NCBI GenBank assembly: GCA_029881495.1 | Contig: JAOUMJ010000012.1 | Coordinates: 36,904 to 68,903 of the forward strand | From: Nitrospinota bacterium | Lineage (GTDB): Bacteria; Nitrospinota_A; UBA7883; JACRGQ01 | DNA: 32,000 nucleotides | Direction: 5' to 3' | Shown: piece after piece, positions 6,739-17,348 of the stretch | How positions within the stretch are numbered: the stretch's first letter is position 1 | Layout of the letters: the number at the start of each line of letters is the position of its first letter | Program-made: the position numbers and the translations under genes | Notes under the pieces: model-generated | Seen by the model: only the letters and a program-made list of their open reading frames with translations | Databases searched by the model: none | Told to the model about the DNA's origin: nothing

Positions 6739-7677
6739 CTAGCGGCAACGGCCTGTGAAGAAGTTCCTTACTCTACCTCTTCTGATGCAGGATCTTATTT
6801 TCTTAACAGCTTCGGACGCCGCATCGCGCCCCGCCTGCACCGCCTCTTCCGCTTTCGAAAAATCGGCCCAGTGAATACCTTTCGTCTTCGGCGTGATTAT
6901 ATAGTCCGCCCCTTCCAGCTGAAGGTTCGCCAATACGCGCCTCGTGACCACGCTCCCCCCAGTTATCACTTCGAGGGAGTTCGTCGGCTCCGGCTCCGGC
7001 TCGTCGTCCTGCATGATATCGACCGCTATCACTATATCCGCCCCCATGATGCGCGCGCGCCTTACCGGGTTCTGTTCTGCCCAGCTCCCGTCTATCAGCA
7101 CCATCCCCGCCATCTTTACGGGGGGGAATATCCCCGGAATAGAACATGATGCGAGTATCGCCTTCTGCACCGACCCCTTTTCAAAATAAAAATTCTTCCT
7201 GGATACAAGGTCCGTGGCGCAACATGAGAAAGGTATCTTGCAGTGGCGGAACTCGAGGTCCGGCACGATGTCCGCGATGTTCCTCTCAAGCACCCCCGCC
7301 GGGAGATACGATACGTTTGTGAGCGAAACGCCGTAGAAGTACGACCTTCTCAGCTTTCTCGATATCTTTCCGAGAAGTCCGTTCAGCACACCCTGTTCAC
7401 CTACCTTCGTGGAGCTGAGGAAATCCATCTTTGCGTCTTCGTAATCGTCGCTTTTGAGGAAATCTATGAATCTTTTTTCGATCTGCTCCGCGACCGGATC
7501 GAGAGCGTACATCCCGCCGATAACCGCGCCGATGCTTGTTCCGGCGATGAGATGGATAGGGATCTTTGCCTTTTCGAGTTCGCTGAGGACCCCAAGATGC
7601 GAAAGACCTCTTGCCGCGCCGCCTCCCAGAGCAAGGCCTACTTTAACGCCGCGAAATATGCCTCCCATAACTACCAA
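6739..7677 (-). CDS. patatin-like phospholipase (RssA-like)
   Basis: Oxyanion/Gly-rich GGGAARG, nucleophile elbow GTSIG and a DGS catalytic Asp region (VLIDGSWAEQNP). The start is TTG at 7677, or ATG at 7668. Confidence 0.85.
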   Translation of the reverse strand: MVVMGGIFRGVKVGLALGGGAARGLSHLGVLSELEKAKIPIHLIAGTSIGAVIGGMYALDPVAEQIEKRFIDFLKSDDYEDAKMDFLSSTKVGEQGVLNGLLGKISRKLRRSYFYGVSLTNVSYLPAGVLERNIADIVPDLEFRHCKIPFSCCATDLVSRKNFYFEKGSVQKAILASCSIPGIFPPVKMAGMVLIDGSWAEQNPVRRARIMGADIVIAVDIMQDDEPEPEPTNSLEVITGGSVVTRRVLANLQLEGADYIITPKTKGIHWADFSKAEEAVQAGRDAASEAVKKIRSCIRRGRVRNFFTGRCR

Positions 7678-7805
7678 TATATTCTATTTGCGCGTGAACC
7701 TGAAAAATAACTGCCCTCAATGGCGGAAGATGATCCTTCCGGGCGTGGACTCAACATAGTTACTCTGTAAAACTGATCCCGTAAAAATCGAGGTATCCGA
7801 CTGCG

Positions 7806-7839
7806 TGAATAATAACGGGCCGGCTGACGCCGGCCCGTT
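7806..7839 (-). terminator. rho-independent-type terminator after the cupin gene (usable on both strands)
   Basis: Perfect 11-bp GC-rich stem AACGGGCCGGC-tgac-GCCGGCCCGTT (7814..7839). On the minus strand it is followed by ATTATT, and on the plus strand the stem runs into TTTT. Confidence 0.55.
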
Positions 7840-7849
7840 TTGCAAAGCG

Positions 7850-8200
7850 TTACGCTCGTTTTTCCATTCCCGCCGGCTGTTTGGTGACCTGCTGGGCTAT
7901 CAGCTTGCCGTCGCCGGAATCGATGAGATCGTGCCATACGTTCTTCGGAGCAAGGAAGGTGCTCCCTGCCTTTACCTTAAGGGTCTCTTCCTTGCCGTCA
8001 TCGAGCTTGAACGTTCCCGTTCCCGCAATGACGGTGAATATCTGATCTCCGGTCGGGTGCCTGTGATATCCAAGCGCCTGTCCGGCCTTGTAATAGTAGA
8101 CATCAAGTGTAAGCGCGTCGGTGGTGATAAGGTTCACCTTCGAGACCGCTCCGTCTGTAAATGCCTTTTTTTCGTTGATATCGTTTTGCTGAATTGCCAT
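7850..8200 (-). CDS. cupin domain protein
   Basis: 116 aa with the cupin motif GYHRHPTGDQIFTVIAGTGTF...GSTFLAPKNVWHDL. GGAGG lies 9 nt upstream of the ATG. Confidence 0.75.
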   Translation of the reverse strand: MAIQQNDINEKKAFTDGAVSKVNLITTDALTLDVYYYKAGQALGYHRHPTGDQIFTVIAGTGTFKLDDGKEETLKVKAGSTFLAPKNVWHDLIDSGDGKLIAQQVTKQPAGMEKRA

Positions 8201-8381
8201 TATTAAAAAGCCTCCAATAGAAAATTTGTGGTTAAACGATTTTACTCTTCTCCGGTTAATTCTTTTTCATGTTTCATTATACCGCCAAAAGGCCGGATAC
8301 AAAAACTTCTTGCCGTGCGAAACCCCTCCTCTTATAGCTGAATTTTTTCGATGCGCCGCCCGGTTGGAGTAAACTGTCTGG

Positions 8382-9446
8382 ATGTCAGAAAGTCGAGTAG
8401 CAATAAAGGCGCAAAACCTGAGGAAGGATTTCTCGGTAGACGAATCGGGCCAGGGATTCCTTGGCAGCGTCAAAGCCCTTTTCAACAGACGGAAGAAAAT
8501 AATACACGCGGTTGAAAACGTCACCTTCTCCATAAACCGGGGGGAGTTCGTCGGATACGTCGGCGAGAACGGCGCCGGAAAATCGACGACCATAAAAATG
8601 CTGACGGGGATACTCGTTCCGACATCAGGCTCGGCCCATGTGAACGGAATTATCCCGTACGAGAACAGGAGACAAAACGCCTTCCGCATCGGGGTGGTGT
8701 TCGGACAGCGCACACAGCTCTGGTGGGATCTCCCGGTCAGGGAATCGTTTGAAATGCTCAGGAACATCTACCGGGTTACGCCCGAAGATTTCAAGACAAC
8801 GATGAAAAGGCTAAACACCGCGCTCGACCTCGATCCGCTACTCCAGATGCCGGTAAGGAAACTGAGCCTCGGGCAGAGGATGAGATGCGACATTGCCGCC
8901 GCATTAATTCACAAACCGGAGATACTTTTTCTCGACGAGCCGACTATCGGCCTTGACGTGGTAGCGAAGGAGAACATACGCACCTTCCTCGCCGAAACGA
9001 ACAGGGAGAACGGCACAACCATAATCCTTACTACGCACGACATGAACGACATTGAAAAACTTTGCCGAAGGATCATCATCCTCGATCAGGGGAAAGTGAT
9101 CTACGACGGAGAGACGGACGCACTGAAAAAGAAGTTCGCGCATGAAAAGGTTCTTGAAGTCGATTTTCACGAAACGGAAAAGGATCTCTCCCGCATACCG
9201 GAACTCTCCATCATCAGGGAGGAAGGGAACAAGAAATGGCTCAAGTTTGAAAACGGGCCCGACCATATAGGCGAGATCATAGGCAAGCTGGCGCAACAGT
9301 ACAGACTGCGGGACATTTCGGTGCGCGAACCGTCCGTTGAAAGCATAATCAGGAACATTTACGAAAAGCGCGTGGCGCTTCCCGAACATGTCGAAACCGA
9401 GACGCAGGACGCGGGAACCGAACCTGTAAAGGGGGCGCGCTCTTGA
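8382..9446 (+). CDS. ABC transporter ATP-binding protein (first gene of a 3-gene ABC-2-type system)
   Basis: Walker A GENGAGKST, signature LSLGQRMR, Walker B ILFLDEPTIGLD and H-loop TTHD, with an extended C-terminal domain. Confidence 0.9.
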   Translation: MSESRVAIKAQNLRKDFSVDESGQGFLGSVKALFNRRKKIIHAVENVTFSINRGEFVGYVGENGAGKSTTIKMLTGILVPTSGSAHVNGIIPYENRRQNAFRIGVVFGQRTQLWWDLPVRESFEMLRNIYRVTPEDFKTTMKRLNTALDLDPLLQMPVRKLSLGQRMRCDIAAALIHKPEILFLDEPTIGLDVVAKENIRTFLAETNRENGTTIILTTHDMNDIEKLCRRIIILDQGKVIYDGETDALKKKFAHEKVLEVDFHETEKDLSRIPELSIIREEGNKKWLKFENGPDHIGEIIGKLAQQYRLRDISVREPSVESIIRNIYEKRVALPEHVETETQDAGTEPVKGARS

Positions 9447-10243
9447 ATCCGTCGCTCTTCCTGAAATTCGTTTCTGTCTCGTTCCAAAAGGAGATCACAT
9501 ACCGCTTTGACTACTTCATGGGGATACTGAACGGATTCCTCTATGTATTCATATTCACATCCGTATGGAAAGCCCTCTACAGCCAGTCGGACGCGACCGC
9601 GCACAACGGCTTTTCCCTCACCGGAATAATCACGTTCGCCGTGATGGCTATGGCGGTGAGGATATCGTTCACGCAGGACGATACGGTTATCTATAAAAAA
9701 GTACAGGACGGCTCCGTCGCCATCGACCTCATCCGTCCGGTATCCTTTTTCTTCATGCACCTCGCGGAGTCGTCGGGACACTCCCTGTTCCACCTCTGCG
9801 CGAGATCGGTACCTATCATTCTCATTTCATCGCTGATCTTCGACATCGAGATACCGGCTGAGGCCCTGCGTCTGCTGACCTTCCTCCTCTCCGCCATCCT
9901 CGGCTACCTCATTCTTTTCATGGTCAACTTCGCGTTCGGTCTCCTTGCCTTCTGGTTCGTGGAGATATTCCCGTTCCTCCTTTTCAAGTACGGAATGCTC
10001 ACCCTTTTCGGAGGGGGGATCGTCCCTATAGACTTTTTCCCCGAGCCGCTGAAGGTGGTAGCGGACTTTCTCCCTTTTCAGCAGGTGCTATACGTCCCGA
10101 CTACAATTCTTATAGGGCACGCGGAGGCAAGTGAACTCCTTCCGATGATCGCAACGCAGTTTGTATGGATATTCACCCTTGCCGCCGTTTGCCGGACGAT
10201 GTGGAGAGCGGGGCAAAACAAGCTGGTGATACAGGGTGGGTAG
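9443..10243 (+). CDS. ABC-2 family transporter permease
   Basis: 266-aa polytopic hydrophobic ORF. Its TTG start overlaps the ATPase stop (TTGA at 9443..9446), implying translational coupling. Confidence 0.75.
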   Translation: MNPSLFLKFVSVSFQKEITYRFDYFMGILNGFLYVFIFTSVWKALYSQSDATAHNGFSLTGIITFAVMAMAVRISFTQDDTVIYKKVQDGSVAIDLIRPVSFFFMHLAESSGHSLFHLCARSVPIILISSLIFDIEIPAEALRLLTFLLSAILGYLILFMVNFAFGLLAFWFVEIFPFLLFKYGMLTLFGGGIVPIDFFPEPLKVVADFLPFQQVLYVPTTILIGHAEASELLPMIATQFVWIFTLAAVCRTMWRAGQNKLVIQGG

Positions 10244-11048
10244 CCCGATGGAAAATTTCCGCGTATACCTTTCCCTCGTAATGACATCAATTCGCGCGAG
10301 GATGGAATACAAGTCGAGTTTTATATTTTATCTCGTGGCGATAATATTCTATTACCTTGGTCAGGTAGGTCTCCTCCTTGTCCTGCTGGCAAAATTCCAG
10401 ACTATCCACGGATGGAGCCTCGGAGAAATGGCTTTCCTCTTCGGGCTTCTCACCTTCGCGCTCGGAATGTCAAACTTCTTTTTCAGCTCTCTTATAAACT
10501 TCGATCAGATGATAATAAACGGCGACTTCGACAGGTACCTTGTCCGCCCGTTGAGTCCGCTGGGCCAGGTGATGGCGTCGAAATTCGAGGCCTCTACCCT
10601 TTCGCACCTGCTCATTGGCATTGCCGCGCTTTACGCAGGTTCCACGATGGTGGACCTCGACTGGACCGCAAGGAAGGCCGCCTTCTTTCCACTGGTTGTG
10701 ATAGGCGGGGTGATGATATCCGGGGCGATACGCCTTTCGGTCACCGCCGTCGCCTTCTGGACCCTTCGCAACCAGTCACTGGTGCATACGATAGTTTTCT
10801 CATCCAGGGAGTTCGTTATCTACCCGGTATCGATCTACAACTTTGGAGTGCAGTTCTTCCTGACATTCGTATTCCCGCTGGCATTCATAAACTTCTACCC
10901 GGCCCACTATTTTCTCGACCGCGCCGGCGACGATCTGCTTCATCCCGCCCTGCAGATGGGAACGCCGCTTGTGGGGGTAATTCTCTTCTCGATCTCGCTT
11001 CTTATCTGGAAAACAGGGATAAACCACTACCAGTCATCGGGGAGTTGA
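10236..11048 (+). CDS. ABC-2 family transporter permease (second membrane subunit)
   Basis: Polytopic hydrophobic ORF. GTG at 10236 overlaps the upstream stop. ATG at 10248 (MENFRVYL...), preceded by GGGTGGG, is an equally plausible start. Confidence 0.75.
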   Translation: MGSPMENFRVYLSLVMTSIRARMEYKSSFIFYLVAIIFYYLGQVGLLLVLLAKFQTIHGWSLGEMAFLFGLLTFALGMSNFFFSSLINFDQMIINGDFDRYLVRPLSPLGQVMASKFEASTLSHLLIGIAALYAGSTMVDLDWTARKAAFFPLVVIGGVMISGAIRLSVTAVAFWTLRNQSLVHTIVFSSREFVIYPVSIYNFGVQFFLTFVFPLAFINFYPAHYFLDRAGDDLLHPALQMGTPLVGVILFSISLLIWKTGINHYQSSGS

Positions 11049-11185
11049 AGCGGCTCCTTGCAGCAGAGCTACTCCTTTCCTGGGCAAAATAAGTAAAACT
11101 AAAGTATTGAATCGTACTTTGCGAAAAGTTTATCCTAGCTCCCTTGAAGGAGAAACGACGGATTCACATCAGGAGGCATAAATCA

Positions 11186-11590
11186 TTGAAGAAAAAAATA
11201 TATCCTAATTACAGCATGCTGGCCATCTTGGCGCTATGCGCGTCCATATCCTTGGCAGGTTGCGGCCTTGAGGACGACGATGATGATGACGATGACAACG
11301 GCGGCGGAAACACCATTGTGAACGTCACTGAATCGTGCGATCTCACCTCGACTCTATCCACTTGCACCGAGTACACAGGTACATATTGGAACTCTGTAAA
11401 TATCACCGCCTCCTGTACCGAAGGGACCGTCGGTATCACCTGCCCTACCTCTGGTTTCGTTGGGAAATGCCTGGTTGATAGCGGTACCAGCACCGAACAT
11501 ATAACTTTCTATTTTCCCGAATACACCGCCGCCGTGGCGGAAACCATCTGCACAGGCACGGAAGGCGGGACATTCACAGCCGCGCCATAA
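11186..11590 (+). CDS. small Cys-rich lipoprotein with poly-Asp tether
   Basis: AGGAGG lies 9 nt upstream of TTG at 11186. The signal peptide is MKKKIYPNYSMLAILALCASISLAGC with lipobox LAGC. It is followed by E-D8-N-G3 and a domain carrying 7 further Cys. No family is recognised. Confidence 0.6.
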   Translation: MKKKIYPNYSMLAILALCASISLAGCGLEDDDDDDDDNGGGNTIVNVTESCDLTSTLSTCTEYTGTYWNSVNITASCTEGTVGITCPTSGFVGKCLVDSGTSTEHITFYFPEYTAAVAETICTGTEGGTFTAAP

Positions 11591-11606
11591 AAGCTTTTCT
11601 AATCCG

Positions 11607-11638
11607 GGGGAGCGGTGAACTCCGCTCCCCTTTTTTTT
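11607..11638 (+). terminator. rho-independent terminator of the lipoprotein gene
   Basis: GGGGAGCGG-tgaact-CCGCTCCCC, a 9-bp perfect stem, followed by T8. Confidence 0.8.
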
Positions 11639-11701
11639 ACCCTCCAAAGGCCTTGAATATCCATATCCTGGGCAGGATCAACCCCGGAACAGGGTGAAAA
11701 C

Positions 11702-11730
11702 TTGACGCGCATTCAGGGCGATTTTATTTA
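11702..11730 (+). promoter_or_regulatory. candidate sigma70-type promoter upstream of the hsp20 remnant
   Basis: TTGACG(11702..11707)-N17-TATTTA(11725..11730). Next come AAGGA (11736..11740) and the TTG start at 11748, 7 nt later. Confidence 0.35.
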
Positions 11731-11747
11731 TTAAAAAGGATGTCGAA

Positions 11748-11942
11748 TTGCAGATTTCCGGCGACAGGCTTACAATAAAAGGGGAGAAGAAGATCGAAAA
11801 GGAGGATAAAAACGGCGATTATTACCGCATGGAAAGAGCCTGCGGATCCTTCTGCCGAGTGGTTCCGCTTCCGGAAACTGCTGAAACCGAAAAAGCGGAA
11901 GCTACTTTCGGCAAGGGTCTCCTGAAAGTCGCGATCCCGTGA
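11748..11942 (+). pseudogene. 5'-truncated Hsp20/alpha-crystallin-domain fragment (C-terminal half only)
   Basis: 64 codons: (L/M)QISGDRLTIKGEKKIEKEDKNGDYYRMERACGSFCRVVPLPETAETEKAEATFGKGLLKVAIP. This matches the distal half of the ACD (L-I-G-E...ER-G-F-R...LP...A...GvL-i-iP). The upstream frame stops at 11703, so the roughly 80 N-terminal residues and the C-terminal IXI tail are missing. Confidence 0.5.
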
Positions 11943-12008
11943 TTGAAAGAGGCCGAGAGCAGATTAAAGCGAGGCGAGATAAGGAAGGAGTGACCGATAC
12001 TTGAAATT

Positions 12009-12094
12009 GGGAGAGAGCTTTTTCAGCCAGTATCCCGCCCCCCCATACCGGGATACATGCCTTCCCCGGGCCTGAAACCCTCTCTCCCTTTTTT
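12009..12094 (+). terminator. compound hairpin plus T6 (terminator-like) downstream of the hsp20 remnant
   Basis: The outer 9-bp perfect stem GGGAGAGAG(12009..12017)/CTCTCTCCC(12080..12088) encloses an inner 8-bp hairpin GTATCCCG(12030..12037)/CGGGATAC(12049..12056). It is followed directly by TTTTTT (12089..12094). Confidence 0.5.
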
Positions 12095-12179
12095 CCGGCA
12101 GATGTACACTATTGAATAAATCAAAAAAATCCTCAAAAAGGAGCCGAACCTGTTGCGCGGAAAGGTGTATAATTCCCCG

Positions 12180-12932
12180 ATGAGAAAAAAACTGATAGCC
12201 GGAAACTGGAAAATGCATATGACGACCGTTGAAACGGGCGACCTCATAGAGGAGATCATTGAAAACATAAAGGATGTTGACGGGGTCGACGTTGTTGTCG
12301 CCCCCCCCTTCACGGCGCTTGAAGCGGCGAGGGAGACGATCGGCTCGGCCAATATCGGCCTCTCCGCCCAGAATATCTTCTGGGAAGAAAAAGGGGCGTT
12401 CACCGGAGAGATATCCGCCCCTATGCTTCTCGACACAGGGTGCGAATGGGTGATAATCGGCCATTCGGAGCGGAGGCAGTATTTCGGCGAAACCGACGAG
12501 ACCGTGAACAAGAAGATCAAGACCGCCATCTCGGCGGGGTTGAAACCTATCGTATGCGTAGGCGAGACGCTGGAAGAGCGGGAAAGCGATAAAACAGACA
12601 GTGTGATAGAGACCCAGCTTGCAGGCGGGCTTTCGGGAATACCGGAGGAGAGCCTCGGCGACATGGTAATTGCCTACGAGCCGGTTTGGGCAATCGGCAC
12701 AGGGAAGACAGCCTCGCCCGCCCAGGCGGAGGAGGTCCACTCCTTCATCAGGAAATGGATATCCGACCATTACTCGGCCGCAACAGCCGATAAAATGAGG
12801 ATACTTTACGGCGGATCGGTAAAACCGGACAATGCGGCGGAGCTGATGTCCCAGCCGGACATAGACGGGGCACTGGTAGGAGGAGCAAGCTTGAAAGCTG
12901 GCGATTTCAGTGCTATCATTCGCGCTTCGTAA
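12180..12932 (+). CDS. tpiA: triose-phosphate isomerase
   Basis: MRKKLIAGNWKMH, catalytic AYEPVWAIGTG and GGASLK. ATG at 12180 is chosen because the TTG at 12153 would add 9 non-conserved residues. TATAAT at 12168..12173 lies 6 nt upstream. Confidence 0.95.
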   Translation: MRKKLIAGNWKMHMTTVETGDLIEEIIENIKDVDGVDVVVAPPFTALEAARETIGSANIGLSAQNIFWEEKGAFTGEISAPMLLDTGCEWVIIGHSERRQYFGETDETVNKKIKTAISAGLKPIVCVGETLEERESDKTDSVIETQLAGGLSGIPEESLGDMVIAYEPVWAIGTGKTASPAQAEEVHSFIRKWISDHYSAATADKMRILYGGSVKPDNAAELMSQPDIDGALVGGASLKAGDFSAIIRAS

Positions 12933-12965
12933 TATTTCTACACTTTAATGAGGATATGATTTGAT

Positions 12966-13346
12966 ATGACCACTGCATTGTTGGTAGTACATGTATTCGC
13001 GGCGCTGTTTATGATATTGATAGTCCTTCTCCAGTCCGGCAAGGGGGCCAGTATGGGTGCCGGTTTTGGCGGCTCTTCACAGACGGTTTTCGGAAGCCGC
13101 GGCCCCGCGAGTTTTCTCGCCAAAGTGACGACCTTCGCCGCTACAGTATTCATGATCACTTCGCTCACGCTATCCGTTTTAGCTTCGAGCTCCAAGAGCA
13201 CATCCGTTGTCGACCAGATTGAAAAACCTGTCGCGCCAATCGAGGAAGAAGGGGGTTTCGACCCATTTGAGGCCGGCAAAGAGGGAATTGACAAAAATCT
13301 GCCCGCCGGGGAATCGGACGAGAAGGGACAGGAAGGTCCTCAATAA
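12966..13346 (+). CDS. secG: preprotein translocase subunit SecG
   Basis: N-terminal VVHVFAALFMILIVLLQSGKGASMGAGFGGSSQTVFG followed by a second TM helix, in the classical position after tpiA. Confidence 0.85.
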   Translation: MTTALLVVHVFAALFMILIVLLQSGKGASMGAGFGGSSQTVFGSRGPASFLAKVTTFAATVFMITSLTLSVLASSSKSTSVVDQIEKPVAPIEEEGGFDPFEAGKEGIDKNLPAGESDEKGQEGPQ

Positions 13347-13351
13347 CAGCC

Positions 13352-14989
13352 ATGCGGATCTTGGCCGTTGCGTTGGCGCTCTTTCTGACGTCGGCCTGTC
13401 AGCCTAAACCTGTTGGCAACGGGAAAAGCTCTTCCCAAAAACCTGCCGAGATATCTACTACACCCGAACATGGGGGAATGCTCGTTGAGGCAAGCATCGG
13501 CGACGCAAGCAACCTCATTGCGATGCTCGCGGGGGACGCGGCATCCCACTCCATTTCCGGCCTGGTAAACGCGGGCCTCGTACGCTACACCCCATCATGG
13601 GAGATAGAAGGGGAGCTTGCCGAATCATTCGAGATATCGAACGGCGGAAAGACTATCACTTTCCATCTCCGCAAGGGGGTTAAATGGCACGACGGCCATC
13701 CGTTCACATCTGCCGACGTCATGTTCGGCTATAAAACAATAATTAATGAGAACACACCTACCGCCTACTCCGAGGACTATCTCCAGGTATCAAAGGCTGA
13801 AGCGCCGGATGATCACACTTTCATAGTGCATTACGACAAGCCTTTCGCTCCGGCCCTCGGTTCATGGGGGAGCCTTACCGTTCTCCCCAAGCACCTTCTT
13901 GAAGGGAAGGATATTACGAAATCGGAATTGACCCGCAAGCCGATAGGCGTAGGCCCCTATAAATTCATCGAATGGAAAACGCAGGAGAAGATAGTCCTCG
14001 AAGCGAATCCCGAATATTTCGAAGGGGAGCCGTTCATAAAACGGTATGTCTTCCGCATCATCCCGGATACGGCAACGCAGTTCCTTGAGCTGAAATCAAA
14101 CGGCATAGACATGATGGGGCTCACCCCGATCCAGTACAAGAAACAGGCAAACACCAGCTTCTTCAATGAAAACTTCCAGAAGTACAGCTATCTTGCCAAC
14201 GGATATGTCTACATGGGGTACAACCTTAAAAGAAAACTTTTCCAGGATGTCCGCGTGCGAAGGGCTATCACCCACGCCATAGACAAGGACGAGATCATTG
14301 AAGGGGCGCTCCTTGGGCTCGGCAAACCTGCCGAAGGGCCGTACAAGCCCGGCATATGGGCCTACAACCCGAACGTGAAAAAACTTGGGTACGATCCCGA
14401 AAAGGCGAAGAGCATCCTGGCCGAAGCGGGGTGGAAAGATACTGACGGCGACGGGATCCTCGACAAGGACGGAAAAAAATTCGAATTCACCATAGTCACA
14501 AATCAGGGGAACGACCAGAGAAAAAAGACCGCTGAGATAATCCAGAGAAGGCTGAAGGAGGTCGGGATAGCGGTGAACATACGGATCATTGAGTGGGCAT
14601 CCTTCATAAAGGAGTTCATCAACAAAAGGGAGTTCGACGCCACTATCCTCGGATGGTCACTTTCGCCCGACCCTGACAATTACGACATCTGGCACTCGTC
14701 CAAAACAAAAGAGGCCGAGTTCAATTTCATATCGTACAAGAACGACGAGGTTGACGCGCTCCTCGAAAAGGGGCGGCGCTCATTCGACCAGGAAGAGAGA
14801 AAAAAGGCCTACTACCGGATACAGGAGATACTGGCGGAAGAACAGCCATACTGTTTCCTCTTTAACTCCGAATCGCTCCCCGTGGTAAGCGCGCGGGTGA
14901 AAGGGATCACCGCCTACCCGACAGGTATCGGATACCGCTGGCCGAACCTCTGGTGGATACCCAAATCACTGCAAAGGTATCAGCCGTAA
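13352..14989 (+). CDS. ABC transporter substrate-binding protein, family 5 (peptide/nickel type), no cognate permease nearby
   Basis: 545 aa. It has a signal peptide ending ...FLTSAC and typical family-5 blocks (ELAESFEISNGGKTITFHLRKGVKWHDGHPFTSADV; GPYKFIEWKTQEKIVLEANPEYF). Confidence 0.85.
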   Translation: MRILAVALALFLTSACQPKPVGNGKSSSQKPAEISTTPEHGGMLVEASIGDASNLIAMLAGDAASHSISGLVNAGLVRYTPSWEIEGELAESFEISNGGKTITFHLRKGVKWHDGHPFTSADVMFGYKTIINENTPTAYSEDYLQVSKAEAPDDHTFIVHYDKPFAPALGSWGSLTVLPKHLLEGKDITKSELTRKPIGVGPYKFIEWKTQEKIVLEANPEYFEGEPFIKRYVFRIIPDTATQFLELKSNGIDMMGLTPIQYKKQANTSFFNENFQKYSYLANGYVYMGYNLKRKLFQDVRVRRAITHAIDKDEIIEGALLGLGKPAEGPYKPGIWAYNPNVKKLGYDPEKAKSILAEAGWKDTDGDGILDKDGKKFEFTIVTNQGNDQRKKTAEIIQRRLKEVGIAVNIRIIEWASFIKEFINKREFDATILGWSLSPDPDNYDIWHSSKTKEAEFNFISYKNDEVDALLEKGRRSFDQEERKKAYYRIQEILAEEQPYCFLFNSESLPVVSARVKGITAYPTGIGYRWPNLWWIPKSLQRYQP

Positions 14990-15026
14990 CGCATATGATG
15001 AACCGCTCCTCCATTGGAAATATCAT

Positions 15027-17346
<2,320 letters not shown>

Positions 17347-17348
17347 TC

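Noticed and set aside
6739-7677. Patatin-like lipase as the effector of a CBASS-type defence system.
   Set aside because: No cyclase, nucleotidyltransferase or other defence partner is adjacent. Its neighbours are a convergent pentapeptide gene and a cupin. The sequence looks like a generic RssA-type patatin.
11940-11999. TGA read-through or recoding at the end of the hsp20 fragment.
   Set aside because: TGA clearly functions as a stop codon for several well-conserved genes in this window, for example the ABC ATPase and pentapeptide gene 1. A nonsense mutation in a decaying gene is the simpler explanation.
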